Numbered from the stretch's first letter, positions 17,709 to 27,304 are shown. The stretch is DNA of 64,000 bases from an uncultured Candidatus Micrarchaeota archaeon (GCA_903835385.1 CAILMQ010000063.1:5234-69233), one strand, 5' to 3'. The notes: generated by a model from the letters alone, not told the origin. Numbers and translations are program-made.

Positions 17709-19016
17709 TCAGCTCGCTGTCACGTTCACGTTGTCCAGTTTGCAGGTTTTGCTCACCGCGCTGGCCGTGCACTGGAACCTTATCATGAACGCGGGGTTGT
17801 TCCCGGCTGAGGCAGGCAGCACATACTGCTTGTAGGCATACGCCGCATCATTGAACACAGTGCCATGGCTCGATTCCATGACGTTCCAGTTCGTGCCGTC
17901 GAACCACTGGGCCTCGAAGTCATTAAGCGCGGTCAGCACCAGGCGGCGGTAGTAGCTCACCGTCACATTGCTGTAGTTGGCAGTGCTTATCGCAACCTGC
18001 ATGGTCGTGGCCGGGTTCGTGGTGGACATCGGCTTGCCCAGCGCGTAGTAGGCGCCCTGGTACGGCGTGTCGGTCGCAGCAGCCCAATAGTTGGCGTTTG
18101 ACTGCTTGCTCAGGGTCCACGCGCCCATGCCGTTTTCGAAACCGTCGAAAAAGAGCTGCCCTGGGGCGCTCCCGTTGGTCTGGTTCGACTGGTTGTCGGG
18201 CGGCGTGTAGGGCGGAACGTTGAAGCTGGTGTTCGCCACGGTGTTAATCATGTTGGCGAGCCACTTGTAGTTCTCCACCCTCTGCGCAGTGCTCAGGCCG
18301 CTTATGCCGTCGTTCTCAAAGGCTTCCAGGTGCACGCTTGTCAGCAGCATATTGCCGTCCATAATGACTGCCGGAAGCTGGCCCGGAATCGCGGAGAAGG
18401 TCGCATTCGCCGTTCCGGGGAACGTAGCGGGCGTCTGCCTCCAGCCCCTTGTCGGGCCGCCGTAGTATATCGCGTTCTGGCCGTTGCTCAGGCTCGTCAT
18501 CGCATAGCCCGGGGAAACGTCGTAATCCGCGATGTCTGTTATGGAGCCTTCCACTGTCGGGAATCGCATGAGCAGGTTGGGCCAGTTGTAGTACGAGCCC
18601 TGCCAGTAATAGTCGTTTGCGGCATAGTAGAAGCCCGCGCACACGCCGAAATAGGCCTTGCCGCTGTCAATGAACCCTAGGATATTGTTCTTCCCCGCCT
18701 GCCCGAGCGTCCTCTGCTGGCTATAGGCGTCCCCGCCCGGCTGCACGTACAGCTTCAGGTTGGGGTAGCCCGCCAGGTTGCAGTCGCTCTTGACATTCGT
18801 GTCGCTCAGGACAGTGTAGTTCAGCGACGAATCCTGCGTTTTCCACCAGTTGAAGAAATGCGTCATCCATGATAAACTCGGGGCTCCTACCCCTCCGGCT
18901 CCTGTCTGCCCGTACACGACTACGTTCGTGCTTGAATTTATCGGGCACGTGCCGCCTTTTGCAAAGGCAAGCGACATGAGGCAGACGCCGGCAAGTACCA
19001 GCAAAACAAGTTTCAT
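17709..19016 (-). CDS. Secreted protein with BPL_N / class-I glutamine-amidotransferase-like N-domain; function unknown
   Basis: Signal peptide MKLVLLVLAGVCLMSLAFA. The GKAYFGVCAGFYYA motif resembles the BPL_N/GATase1-like nucleophile elbow. Several N-x-S/T sequons. Confidence 0.6.
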   Translation of the reverse strand: MKLVLLVLAGVCLMSLAFAKGGTCPINSSTNVVVYGQTGAGGVGAPSLSWMTHFFNWWKTQDSSLNYTVLSDTNVKSDCNLAGYPNLKLYVQPGGDAYSQQRTLGQAGKNNILGFIDSGKAYFGVCAGFYYAANDYYWQGSYYNWPNLLMRFPTVEGSITDIADYDVSPGYAMTSLSNGQNAIYYGGPTRGWRQTPATFPGTANATFSAIPGQLPAVIMDGNMLLTSVHLEAFENDGISGLSTAQRVENYKWLANMINTVANTSFNVPPYTPPDNQSNQTNGSAPGQLFFDGFENGMGAWTLSKQSNANYWAAATDTPYQGAYYALGKPMSTTNPATTMQVAISTANYSNVTVSYYRRLVLTALNDFEAQWFDGTNWNVMESSHGTVFNDAAYAYKQYVLPASAGNNPAFMIRFQCTASAVSKTCKLDNVNVTAS

Positions 19017-19172
19017 CCTATCAACCTCCCTATTTCTTTCCGGTCCAGCCGGGATTATTCAGGACGCTCACGCGAGCAATAAAAGCGTTCATTTCCACGG
19101 CGGCGGGCCCCTTACATGGCGGGTTTGTTTGACACACATCCTGCTGCCCGCAGCCCGGTTCCACTCCCAGCG

Positions 19173-19180
19173 TTTATAAA
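19173..19180 (+). promoter_or_regulatory. TATA-box-like element (TTTATAAA)
   Basis: Lies 30 nt upstream of the ATG at 19210, a spacing compatible with a leaderless or short-leader archaeal transcript. Confidence 0.35.
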
Positions 19181-19209
19181 ACCTTTCTTACAACAATATA
19201 TGTTATAAT

Positions 19210-19821
19210 ATGCAAATTCATGGAACAAAAAACGAGGTGGATGGAATGGCTGAAGCGAGCAGAAGTGCAAAGGCGACTGCGCCTATGCAGAATGCGGTGG
19301 AGAACGCGGTCATGGCACAGCTGATAAGCGCCAGATATAGTGCAGACGAAGCCAAGCGTTTGCTGGGTTTTGCCAAGAAGCAGGGTTCAGGCAGTAACAT
19401 CACAATCGCAGCTGATTCTGATTTGAAGCTCCCGTTCAACCAGAACATAAGGAAATCCGACGTGATTGCAGTGGCGAAAGCGCTTGCAGACATACACAAC
19501 AATCCCAAATCCCAGGATATGATACTCACGAAACTCGGCGTCCGGGGGCCGCAGACGAGCCCGGAGCCCGTAAAAGCGGAAGTGCCCGGCGGCGCGGTCC
19601 AGTTATACTCAGTGAAGATAGACGGCGACAGGACCTACGCGATTTCGGTAAGGCCGGGCGGAGACCCGAAGAAGATTGCCGATGTGACGATGGCAACGGT
19701 GGTCGACCCTGTCAGCGGCAACAAAATCGATGTTACCGCAGCCTACCTGAAGGCGTTCGACAGTGCCGATTCCGAGGCAATCCACATATTCAAGCCGATT
19801 GTCCCCAGGAAGCTTCAGTGA
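19210..19821 (+). CDS. Hypothetical protein
   Basis: 203-aa ORF with an ATG start and a TATA-like box upstream. No motif recognised. Confidence 0.45.
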   Translation: MQIHGTKNEVDGMAEASRSAKATAPMQNAVENAVMAQLISARYSADEAKRLLGFAKKQGSGSNITIAADSDLKLPFNQNIRKSDVIAVAKALADIHNNPKSQDMILTKLGVRGPQTSPEPVKAEVPGGAVQLYSVKIDGDRTYAISVRPGGDPKKIADVTMATVVDPVSGNKIDVTAAYLKAFDSADSEAIHIFKPIVPRKLQ

Positions 19822-20654
19822 TTTTTGGACAGGTCCAGGTCCCAGACGCCCGGGCCATTCGCCTTTATTTCAAATTCTTGTTTTTCGTTTCCGTAGAAAA
19901 GCCTTCCGTTCCTGACTGAAAAACGCGCTTCGGAGTCCCCTGCGATGGGCAGGTATCTCGTCTCATCCTTTCCCTTGAAGGAGAACGCGATAAGATTTTC
20001 GTCCTGCGCTGCCATGAAAAGAAATCCCGAGTAATAAAACATCTTCGCCGTACCCGCCTGGAACGGCAGCCTGTAAACATGCGTTTCCGGCTTTTCCTCT
20101 CCCTCGTCGAACAGAACCACGGTCAGCTCACGGTCGTGCGTCAGCACGTAGCACGCGCCATACGACTGTTCCCACGTGGCGACGCCTTTAGCGGCAAAAT
20201 CAATCTCGACCCACGACTCTTTTGACTGGGGGGTAATCTCCATTTTTCCCATGCGGCTCTTCCTCCCCCCCTCTTCCGCCGCGTCCACGTTGGTTATGGA
20301 CAGCAATCTCTTGCTGGTCAGTATGAAAGCGCGGTCCTGGATGCATGCGCTGCGGAGCACCTTCTCGCCATCGCGCAACGATACCGGCACTGTGTTCGTG
20401 CCCTCGGGCGAGTAATATTCCACCTGTTTGTCATTTACCCTGCAGCCCAGCTGGCTCTTGCCCGGCTTTCTCATAATCTCGTTCTTCGGCGCCCTGTCCA
20501 GCATGGGCCCCCTTGCCGTGGTTCTGGCCGTTGCAAAAGCATCCGATGCAAACCCATATGCGCGTGGCACCGGCCCTGCCAGTGTGAACATGATTGCGGC
20601 CCCGATTAGCGGCCTCGCAAATCCCCTGCCGTAAGCGAGCGTTTTCCTGTCCAT
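19815..20654 (-). CDS. Hypothetical protein, possibly exported
   Basis: 279-aa ORF. Its N-terminal hydrophobic stretch (LIGAAIMFTLAGPV) follows a basic segment. It converges on and slightly overlaps the previous gene. Confidence 0.5.
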   Translation of the reverse strand: MDRKTLAYGRGFARPLIGAAIMFTLAGPVPRAYGFASDAFATARTTARGPMLDRAPKNEIMRKPGKSQLGCRVNDKQVEYYSPEGTNTVPVSLRDGEKVLRSACIQDRAFILTSKRLLSITNVDAAEEGGRKSRMGKMEITPQSKESWVEIDFAAKGVATWEQSYGACYVLTHDRELTVVLFDEGEEKPETHVYRLPFQAGTAKMFYYSGFLFMAAQDENLIAFSFKGKDETRYLPIAGDSEARFSVRNGRLFYGNEKQEFEIKANGPGVWDLDLSKNH

Positions 20655-20741
20655 GAATACCGATACTACCTTTGTTTGTTATATTTTATAATACTATGTG
20701 TGTCTGCGTTTCACGCCTGTTTTCCATCAGCCCGTGCCGCA

Positions 20742-21818
20742 TCATCGGAAAGGCCTCCCCGCTCTGCGCAGCGGCCTTGCAGCGCCCCCTGTGAGCGCGA
20801 ACAGCGAGCGTTTTATCTTGTCCATCTCGAGGGGCCCGAGCGCCGCGCACATGTCGGCCTCTATGAGCGCAGCCGGATATGCGAACGCCCTGCTTATTGA
20901 CGAGAGCGCGTAAACCGCGGACGCGATTTCGGCAGCGCTCTTTTCCTGCGCCAGGAACTCTATGCGCAGCGGCATGTCAACGCCGGAGGGCTTCATGTAG
21001 AACAGCCTCATCCTGTTGCCCCATTCGCCCAGGCTTTTGAGGACCTGGTGTTTCTGAGGGTCGTTGCTGTATGCCACCGAAGAAGTGCGCTCGCCTTCCT
21101 CCAGAAGCGCGTCCGCGAGCATGGCGTCCGGAACGTCCACAAGCAGCTGCCCCTTCAGGATTTCGGCAAGCCGCTTCCCCCTGCTGTCCTTTATCACTCC
21201 CACGAGCTGGCAGTTGAGCGAATCGCATTTTTCGTATAGTTTTTTGTAGGACGCGAGCAGCGAGGCGTATTCTTCGTACAGCGCAGAGCCATCCCCGGGC
21301 CTGTCAGAGCCCAGCAGAGCGACGGAGCCGTCCAGCAGCAGGAAGTTTGGCCTGAACCTGTCCAGGGCCTCCATCGCATTGCCTATCTCGCCCCTGAGCC
21401 TGAACAGCGAGCGGAAAACAAGCGCCTCGCGCTCGTCCAGGCCGCTGCGGAAATCCACCTCGTTTTCAGGGAATTTCCTGGGGTGGTGCTCCACCGAGGC
21501 GAGCTTCCCATTGGCGTATCTGAAGCAGGCGGCAACCGAGCGCCGCACCAGGATGTCCGAGCCCGTGAACCTGTCCGCAAGGAGCCCGCCGTCCACTGCG
21601 CAAACTGAGAAATCCGCCGCAGCGCGCTCCATCCGGACCACGAGCCTTCCCTCGTACAGTTCCGGCATCGCGCCGTCACTCTTCCTTATCTCCGACGCGT
21701 TCTCCGCCAGTCTCCGCCTCGCCTCCCGGATGCGCTGCGCCAGCGGCTCCAATCCCTCAAGCATGGGAGTAAGGTCGTCGGGAAGTGATTTTAAACCATG
21801 GCGGAGGAATAGGGCCAT
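20742..21818 (-). CDS. nurA: NurA-like 5'-3' nuclease (start uncertain: 21818 or 21764)
   Basis: The CAVDGG... and LLLDGSVAL motifs resemble NurA catalytic Asp motifs, and the size fits. ORF-track residues upstream of 21818 would overlap dcd. Confidence 0.55.
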   Translation of the reverse strand: MALFLRHGLKSLPDDLTPMLEGLEPLAQRIREARRRLAENASEIRKSDGAMPELYEGRLVVRMERAAADFSVCAVDGGLLADRFTGSDILVRRSVAACFRYANGKLASVEHHPRKFPENEVDFRSGLDEREALVFRSLFRLRGEIGNAMEALDRFRPNFLLLDGSVALLGSDRPGDGSALYEEYASLLASYKKLYEKCDSLNCQLVGVIKDSRGKRLAEILKGQLLVDVPDAMLADALLEEGERTSSVAYSNDPQKHQVLKSLGEWGNRMRLFYMKPSGVDMPLRIEFLAQEKSAAEIASAVYALSSISRAFAYPAALIEADMCAALGPLEMDKIKRSLFALTGGAARPLRRAGRPFR

Positions 21819-22332
21819 GACGTTTTCGGATGTCGACATAAGGGAATACCTGAAGAAAGGCGCCATAAGGATAGAGCCGCTGGACGAGGCCCAGATAGGG
21901 CCGGCGTCCGTGGACCTCACGCTCAGCGACGAGTGGTATTTCTTCAAGGCCAAATACAAGGGAAAGCGGGTGGACCTGTCCAAAACGCCCTTTACCGAGG
22001 CCTACAGCATGAGAAAGGCCGCCAGCATCGAGCTCAAGCCGGGCGAGATGTGCCTGGGGAAGACCGTGGAAAAGGTCACGCTGGCGCCCAACATCATCGG
22101 CAAGCTGGAAGGGCGGTCGCGCTACGCCCGCATGGGGCTCATCATCCACATCACGGCCGCCGTGGTCCAGCCAGGGAGCGACAACCACCAGGTGCTGGAA
22201 ATCGTCAATCTCGCACCGTTTCCCGTGGTGCTCAGGGCCGGGATGAGGATATCCCAGATACTTTTCGAGGAGCTCAGGAGCCCCACGTCACGGCCCTATG
22301 CGAAGTACGGGGAGATAGCCAAGAGGCAGTGA
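21817..22332 (+). CDS. dcd: dCTP deaminase
   Basis: MTFSDVDIREYLKKGAIRIEP...GPASVDLTL and the later GRSRYARMGL motif are typical of Dcd. GGAGG lies 10 nt upstream of the ATG at 21817. Confidence 0.85.
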   Translation: MTFSDVDIREYLKKGAIRIEPLDEAQIGPASVDLTLSDEWYFFKAKYKGKRVDLSKTPFTEAYSMRKAASIELKPGEMCLGKTVEKVTLAPNIIGKLEGRSRYARMGLIIHITAAVVQPGSDNHQVLEIVNLAPFPVVLRAGMRISQILFEELRSPTSRPYAKYGEIAKRQ

Positions 22333-22342
22333 GGACGAGCGA

Positions 22343-22984
22343 ATGCCCAGATTCAACATTCCGCACTTCAATCTACAGGACCAGAAGCTCATACTCGCAA
22401 CCGTAATACTGGTGCTGATACTGGTGTTCGCGTCCCTGACGCTCAAGCCCCAGCTCGACAACCCGCAATTCGTGGCCAGGGAAGCGCCGCTTCTGAAAAA
22501 CGCGAAGCTGGCAATATCACCGGGCGAGAGCTATACCTATGAGTACACCATGGGGAATGCCTCGGCCAACCTCACCTATGTCATCCTGGGCGGCAATGGC
22601 TGCACCGTGATAGCCCTCGCCGAAGCCCAGGGGGCGTCCGTATGCGTGGACAAGGGGGGCAATGACGCCACCATGCAGAACGCCAGCTACGGGGTGCCAA
22701 CCATAATCCTGACCCGGCCCTGGATGCTCGCAGTGCATGGGGGATGGCGCTGGAACGTCTCAAATTACATGATGTTCGGCACCTGGGGGAAGCATCTGGT
22801 GGACACGAACTACACCGTTGTCAGGGAGGAGGACTACCGGGGCAGGGACGCCTACGTGGTAAGGGTGGAATCCAGCGAGGGGAACCTGGCCATGGACTGG
22901 GTGGATGCGGAAAAGAGGATACTTCTCAGGGAAGCCGGCCAAGGCTACGAGATTGTGCTCACCGAAGGGCTTCCATTGAACTGA
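22343..22984 (+). CDS. N-terminally membrane-anchored hypothetical protein
   Basis: One TM helix (LILATVILVLILVFASLTL) followed by a soluble domain containing N-x-S/T sequons. Confidence 0.5.
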   Translation: MPRFNIPHFNLQDQKLILATVILVLILVFASLTLKPQLDNPQFVAREAPLLKNAKLAISPGESYTYEYTMGNASANLTYVILGGNGCTVIALAEAQGASVCVDKGGNDATMQNASYGVPTIILTRPWMLAVHGGWRWNVSNYMMFGTWGKHLVDTNYTVVREEDYRGRDAYVVRVESSEGNLAMDWVDAEKRILLREAGQGYEIVLTEGLPLN

Positions 22985-22996
22985 TGAACGGAGTTC

Positions 22997-23167
22997 CTAG
23001 CCCCGCATGACGGAGAGCGGGAGCACCTTTTTTTCGAGTTCCAGCTCTGCCACGTTTATGAAGCTCATCTCCTGCCCCGGCTTCACCAGCGGCGGGGCTC
23101 CGGTGGCCAGCTGCAGCGCCCGTGCGCCGATTATGCGCGCGAGCTCGTATTTCGTCAGGTCTTCCAT
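22997..23167 (-). CDS. rpoK: DNA-directed RNA polymerase subunit K (Rpo6/omega-like); absent from the ORF track because it is under 60 aa
   Basis: Hand translation of the - strand gives MEDLTKYELARIIGARALQLATGAPPLVKPGQEMSFINVAELELEKKVLPLSVMRG followed by a stop (56 aa). LTKYE.ARIIGARALQL..GAP is the RpoK/Rpb6 signature. Confidence 0.8.
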   Translation of the reverse strand: MEDLTKYELARIIGARALQLATGAPPLVKPGQEMSFINVAELELEKKVLPLSVMRG

Positions 23168-23201
23168 AAAGTTCACTACTCAATTAGCGGAATCACTATG
23201 C

Positions 23202-24362
23202 CTACAAAACAATATAAACATTGCCCTTTTTGCTGATGGTGAGCGCGGTTTCCCCTGAGAACTCGAACGTCTTGACGTATCCCTTGACTATGCGTATCTT
23301 CACGCCGGCCTTCACTCCGCTGCCCCTGCCGTCGAACAGGTACACCACACCCTCGTTGCCCTCCTCGTCGTTCACCAGCATGCGCGTGACCGTGCCCTTC
23401 ACTTTCTTGCTCTTTTCATATTCCATGCTTTCCGCTTCCTTCACGAGCAGGTCCTCGGTGTTCACGTTGCGCATGCCATTCCTTATCTTGGTGATATGGG
23501 TGATATTGGTCTCCTTGAACCTCTTCCTCGCGAGCGTGTAGGCGAGCTTGACATCGTGTTTCGCGTTCTTGATCGCCCGCTCCATCTCGTGCTTCATTAT
23601 CTCGTCATCGCCGTCCGAAAGCATCATGGCCTCATAGGCCTTCTTGAAAACAGTGTCCGGCAGCCTTTCCACGGTGATGTCCTGCCTTCTTTCCGTGACT
23701 TCCTCGGCCGCCTCTATCTCGCCCACTTCCCGGGCGACCATCTCGAACTGCTTCTCCTTGGTCGCCACCTCGCCCAGCTCGTCCGCCAGCTGCTCGCGCA
23801 CCTGGAACTCGTCCGGAACCGCGTCTCGTTTATCCTCGGCCTCGGGCCGTGGCGGCGTCATCTCCCCGACATCCGAAACCGCCTCCAGGTATGACGTCAG
23901 GAACTCCTGCATGGCCTGCCTGCCTGACTCCTCGGTGGGTTCCCTTTCGCGGTCTTCAACGGTCTTCATGTATATCTTTTCTATGGCCGGCATCATCTTC
24001 TGCCTCACGCGGTCGGCCTTCTCCTTGCCCAGCCTTTTTTCGAACAGCATGGTTATGGGCTGAAGCACCTTCTCCTTGGTGTCCATGGGCTGGTTGGCGC
24101 CGCGGGGCTCCTCCTTCCTGCCGCTGGAGAACATCTCCGCAAACGACATGACCTCCTTCTCGCTCCTCTTCTTCTGGTCCAATATGTCCTGGGCTATCGT
24201 CTTTACTGTTGGGTCCTTGTCATAACTGAGCTCCACGAGGGCGAAAAGCGCGGCCGGGTCGTCCAGCGCGCCCAGCGATTTGGCAGCCTCCCTTCTGACC
24301 TTGGGGCTTTCATCGAAAGTGAGCGAAACGAGCTTGTTGAGCGACGGCGGCGCGGACTGCAT
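23202..24362 (-). CDS. HEAT-repeat protein with acidic linker and C-terminal beta-rich (OB-like) domain
   Basis: DESPKVRREAAKSLGALDDP..LVELSYDKDPTVKTIA are HEAT/PBS-lyase-type repeats. The track start at 24401 is TTG; the first ATG is at 24362. Confidence 0.6.
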   Translation of the reverse strand: MQSAPPSLNKLVSLTFDESPKVRREAAKSLGALDDPAALFALVELSYDKDPTVKTIAQDILDQKKRSEKEVMSFAEMFSSGRKEEPRGANQPMDTKEKVLQPITMLFEKRLGKEKADRVRQKMMPAIEKIYMKTVEDREREPTEESGRQAMQEFLTSYLEAVSDVGEMTPPRPEAEDKRDAVPDEFQVREQLADELGEVATKEKQFEMVAREVGEIEAAEEVTERRQDITVERLPDTVFKKAYEAMMLSDGDDEIMKHEMERAIKNAKHDVKLAYTLARKRFKETNITHITKIRNGMRNVNTEDLLVKEAESMEYEKSKKVKGTVTRMLVNDEEGNEGVVYLFDGRGSGVKAGVKIRIVKGYVKTFEFSGETALTISKKGNVYIVL

Positions 24363-24402
24363 GAGGGCACCCTTGTGATTCCGGTTATATCTCCGCAACA
24401 AA

Positions 24403-25476
24403 CTATTTAAGCGTGCCTACCTTTTCCAGCACGAGCTCCAGCTCCTGCTGCGTGAAGTTGCCGATGTGGCAGATTCGTATCATTTTCTCCTTGGTTTCAC
24501 CCATTCCGGTCGCGATCTCAATGTCATATCTCTCGCGCATCTGCTTCTTGATTTCCTTTGCCTTGTCTGTCCAGAGCGCGGTGATGGTGTTGGAGCGGAA
24601 ACCCGGCTCCGCGACGACCCCCATGTTATTCATTTGCGCCCATTCCTGCGTGAACTGCGCCGCCTTCATGTGCCTATGTTCGCAGCCCCTGGGCCCTCCC
24701 TCGGCATCCAGATGGCCGAACGCGGCCTTGAGTGCGAAATAAAGCGAGACCGCGGGCGTGAAGGGGGTCTGTTTCTTTTCCACAAAGAATTTCCTGTGCT
24801 TTTTCATGTTCATGTAAAAGGACGGAATCGGCTCGGCGCGCTTTTCGCTGAATTCCGCGCCCTCCTTGCTCACTGCGAGCATGGCGATTCCCGGAGGTGC
24901 CGCTATCGCCTTCTGGGAGCCTGTGGAGAAGAAGTCAATGCCCATGGCCTTGATGTCCAGCTCTGTCGCGGGCCAGGCCGACACGCCGTCGATTATCGTG
25001 CGCATGCCCTTCTTCTTCGCATAGAGGCAGATTTCCTTTATGTGGTTTCGCGTCCCGTTGGAGGTTTCGTTATACACCATGCCAAAAACACCAACACCCC
25101 TCGCGCTCGAATCATCTATAATCGCCTTGGTGCGCTCGAGATTCCATCCTTTTCCGATTTCGGTTTTTTGTTCCTCGACATTGTCGCAATGCACGCGCGC
25201 TATCTCCGCGAACCTCTTCCCGAACTCGCCGTTGGCGAGCGTGAGCATCCTGTCGCCACGCCTCACGCAGTTGAGGATGTTCATCTCTATGCCGAGCGTG
25301 CCCGAGCCCGTGACCAGGTATGCCTCCTGGGCGTTGGTGTATTTCTTGAACCGCTCCACGAGGCCTCCGTACAGCTCGCTCCACCGCTGCTCGCGGTGCG
25401 ATATCATCTCCTGCGACTGCGCGATGCGTATCTCGTCTGTCAGCTTAACCGGTCCGGGGGTGAATAGCATGGTCAT
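24403..25476 (-). CDS. Class V (AGXT/SerC-like) pyridoxal-phosphate aminotransferase
   Basis: N-terminal LFTPGPV, then GSGT, DGVS, and SGSQKA (PLP-lysine motif). About 357 aa. Confidence 0.8.
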   Translation of the reverse strand: MTMLFTPGPVKLTDEIRIAQSQEMISHREQRWSELYGGLVERFKKYTNAQEAYLVTGSGTLGIEMNILNCVRRGDRMLTLANGEFGKRFAEIARVHCDNVEEQKTEIGKGWNLERTKAIIDDSSARGVGVFGMVYNETSNGTRNHIKEICLYAKKKGMRTIIDGVSAWPATELDIKAMGIDFFSTGSQKAIAAPPGIAMLAVSKEGAEFSEKRAEPIPSFYMNMKKHRKFFVEKKQTPFTPAVSLYFALKAAFGHLDAEGGPRGCEHRHMKAAQFTQEWAQMNNMGVVAEPGFRSNTITALWTDKAKEIKKQMRERYDIEIATGMGETKEKMIRICHIGNFTQQELELVLEKVGTLK

Positions 25477-25547
25477 TTTAATCACCTGAGGGACTTTAGA
25501 ACGAGAAAACGATAAAAGGGGCGCGGTTCAAGCCCAGCCCGTTGAAG

Positions 25548-26348
25548 TCAGTATATTACTACAACCGGCTCGTAGTACTTGCGCACGTTGCCGCTGTAGG
25601 CGCGGCGCTTGAGCATCTCCATCATTTCCTTTTTCGCCGCCTCGCGCTCGAAGTGCAGCCAGCCGAGCTTCATGTTGAGCCGTATTATCCTGCCCGGAAT
25701 CAGGTGCCTGGTGGACTTGGGCGGGAACGGGGCATGGTCTTTGGCGGATTTCACTATCTCTTCCTTTGTGTAGGGCCTCCTGTAAAGGGCAGTGTATCCC
25801 CGCCCAAGCCACTGGTCCAGTTCGTTGTCATGGACATAGGTCACGTCCGCATCGCTGAAAAGGGAGAGCAGGAACACCTGTTCCTCCACCATCTCGCGGA
25901 GCTTGTATTTGCCCGGGTTGAGCAGGAACGCGGCCTTTGACTTCCTGCTGAATGCGGCAAAGGGCGCCCGCGTGGCCCCAACGGCCGCAACGGCAGCGGA
26001 GCGGTCCGCCTTCTCGGCCTTGACATTTGCCATTTTGATTATTTCCTCAGGCTCCTTCTTCACCACCGGCAGCCAGGTTCCGACCTTTATCTCCGGGTTC
26101 TGGTAATCCACCACCTGGCATGCGGAATTCGGGCACTCTATTATCTCCAGCACCTTGAGCCTGTGGTTGCCGTCCAGCACCACGTTGGTTTTGCCATCCA
26201 CTATCAGGGGGTCCACCAGGTGCCCGATGTTGAGCATGCCCTCCTTCAGGCGCTTGAGGTTCTTGGATATGGTCTGCTCGTGGCTGAGCAGGTCCTTGGT
26301 CGGTCTCACGTCCAGCACGGACATCAGTTCTTCAGGCAGGTCTTCCAT
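25548..26348 (-). CDS. ParB/sulfiredoxin-fold protein (possible small-molecule kinase such as SerK; unverified)
   Basis: LVDPLIVDGKTNVVLDGNHRLKVLE is a ParB-like N-terminal domain motif. The start was chosen at MEDLPEEL (26348). Confidence 0.6.
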   Translation of the reverse strand: MEDLPEELMSVLDVRPTKDLLSHEQTISKNLKRLKEGMLNIGHLVDPLIVDGKTNVVLDGNHRLKVLEIIECPNSACQVVDYQNPEIKVGTWLPVVKKEPEEIIKMANVKAEKADRSAAVAAVGATRAPFAAFSRKSKAAFLLNPGKYKLREMVEEQVFLLSLFSDADVTYVHDNELDQWLGRGYTALYRRPYTKEEIVKSAKDHAPFPPKSTRHLIPGRIIRLNMKLGWLHFEREAAKKEMMEMLKRRAYSGNVRKYYEPVVVIY

Positions 26349-26463
26349 TTCATGCACCGCTGTGATTACGATTTGAAAAATTACATCGGACGAGGGTTTA
26401 TATTGGTTCCGCGCTCGCGGGCGGAATTTTGGCGATTGACGATGTGCTTTCCGGTGAAATCTG

Positions 26464-27030
26464 CTAAGGGCCAAGTGCGTAACCAATGAGGAATACAATG
26501 AACAGGATGGCTATCAGGGCAATCATGGCGGTATGGACATATTTCCATGGGCGTGTTTTGAAATCCAGGATGCACATCATTCCGACAAGCCCTACTGCCA
26601 TGCCCGCCCCCTGGGCGGTTTCTCCGGCCCTGGCCACAGACTTATTGCCAATCAAATTGCCCCCGCTTTGGGCAAGAGTGCCGGCTGCGACCCCCGCACC
26701 TCCGATTCTGGCCAAACCTACCGCCTTTTCATAATTAAGTCCCACTTCTGCCAGGGGGACAAAGAAGGCCAGCACGAACGGGGCCAGGCATGCGATTGTG
26801 CTGGCCACCAATATTTTCGTAGTCGCGTAGTCGAGCGTAAAATTGATATAATGCCAAAGGTACCATGTAAAGGCCGTGAGGATGGCGTAAAGTATCAGCC
26901 ACGGGACCACTTTTGAGAACGGGATGGCCACCTTCTTGGCCAGCATGGCGCGCCACAAAACAGTCGCTATGAACAGGAAGTACAAATCAGACAATATGAA
27001 CGCCCAGCCTCCATATGCCGCCAGATTCAT
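26464..27030 (-). CDS. Integral membrane protein, function unknown
   Basis: 188 aa with about five hydrophobic helices. Confidence 0.5.
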   Translation of the reverse strand: MNLAAYGGWAFILSDLYFLFIATVLWRAMLAKKVAIPFSKVVPWLILYAILTAFTWYLWHYINFTLDYATTKILVASTIACLAPFVLAFFVPLAEVGLNYEKAVGLARIGGAGVAAGTLAQSGGNLIGNKSVARAGETAQGAGMAVGLVGMMCILDFKTRPWKYVHTAMIALIAILFIVFLIGYALGP

Positions 27031-27304
27031 GGATTGCCATGGGGCTTAGATTTAATTATTCTATGCTTTGGGCGCAAGCAGAATCGCGGCAGGGAGCCAG
27101 AACGCCAGCAACCGTGTTCAAGCCAAGCACTCATCGCTTTTCGTAGCACGAGTCAAACACCGATTAACTTTCGGAGCATCAGTCAAACTGAAGACGACGA
27201 ATTCTAAGAAAACAGTAAGAACATGATGAATTACCGCACTAACGAGAAAATGTAATAAAACACAGATGCGACAGAGTGGTCGGCGCACCGACCACGTGTC
27301 CCAA

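Noticed and set aside
22959-23183. A 74-aa minus-strand ORF from the track
   Set aside because: It is in a different frame from the 56-aa RpoK reading frame in the same interval, and the RpoK frame has a clear family signature.
24466-25467. A 333-aa plus-strand ORF opposite the class V aminotransferase
   Set aside because: It is an antisense artefact. The minus-strand frame carries PLP-enzyme motifs.
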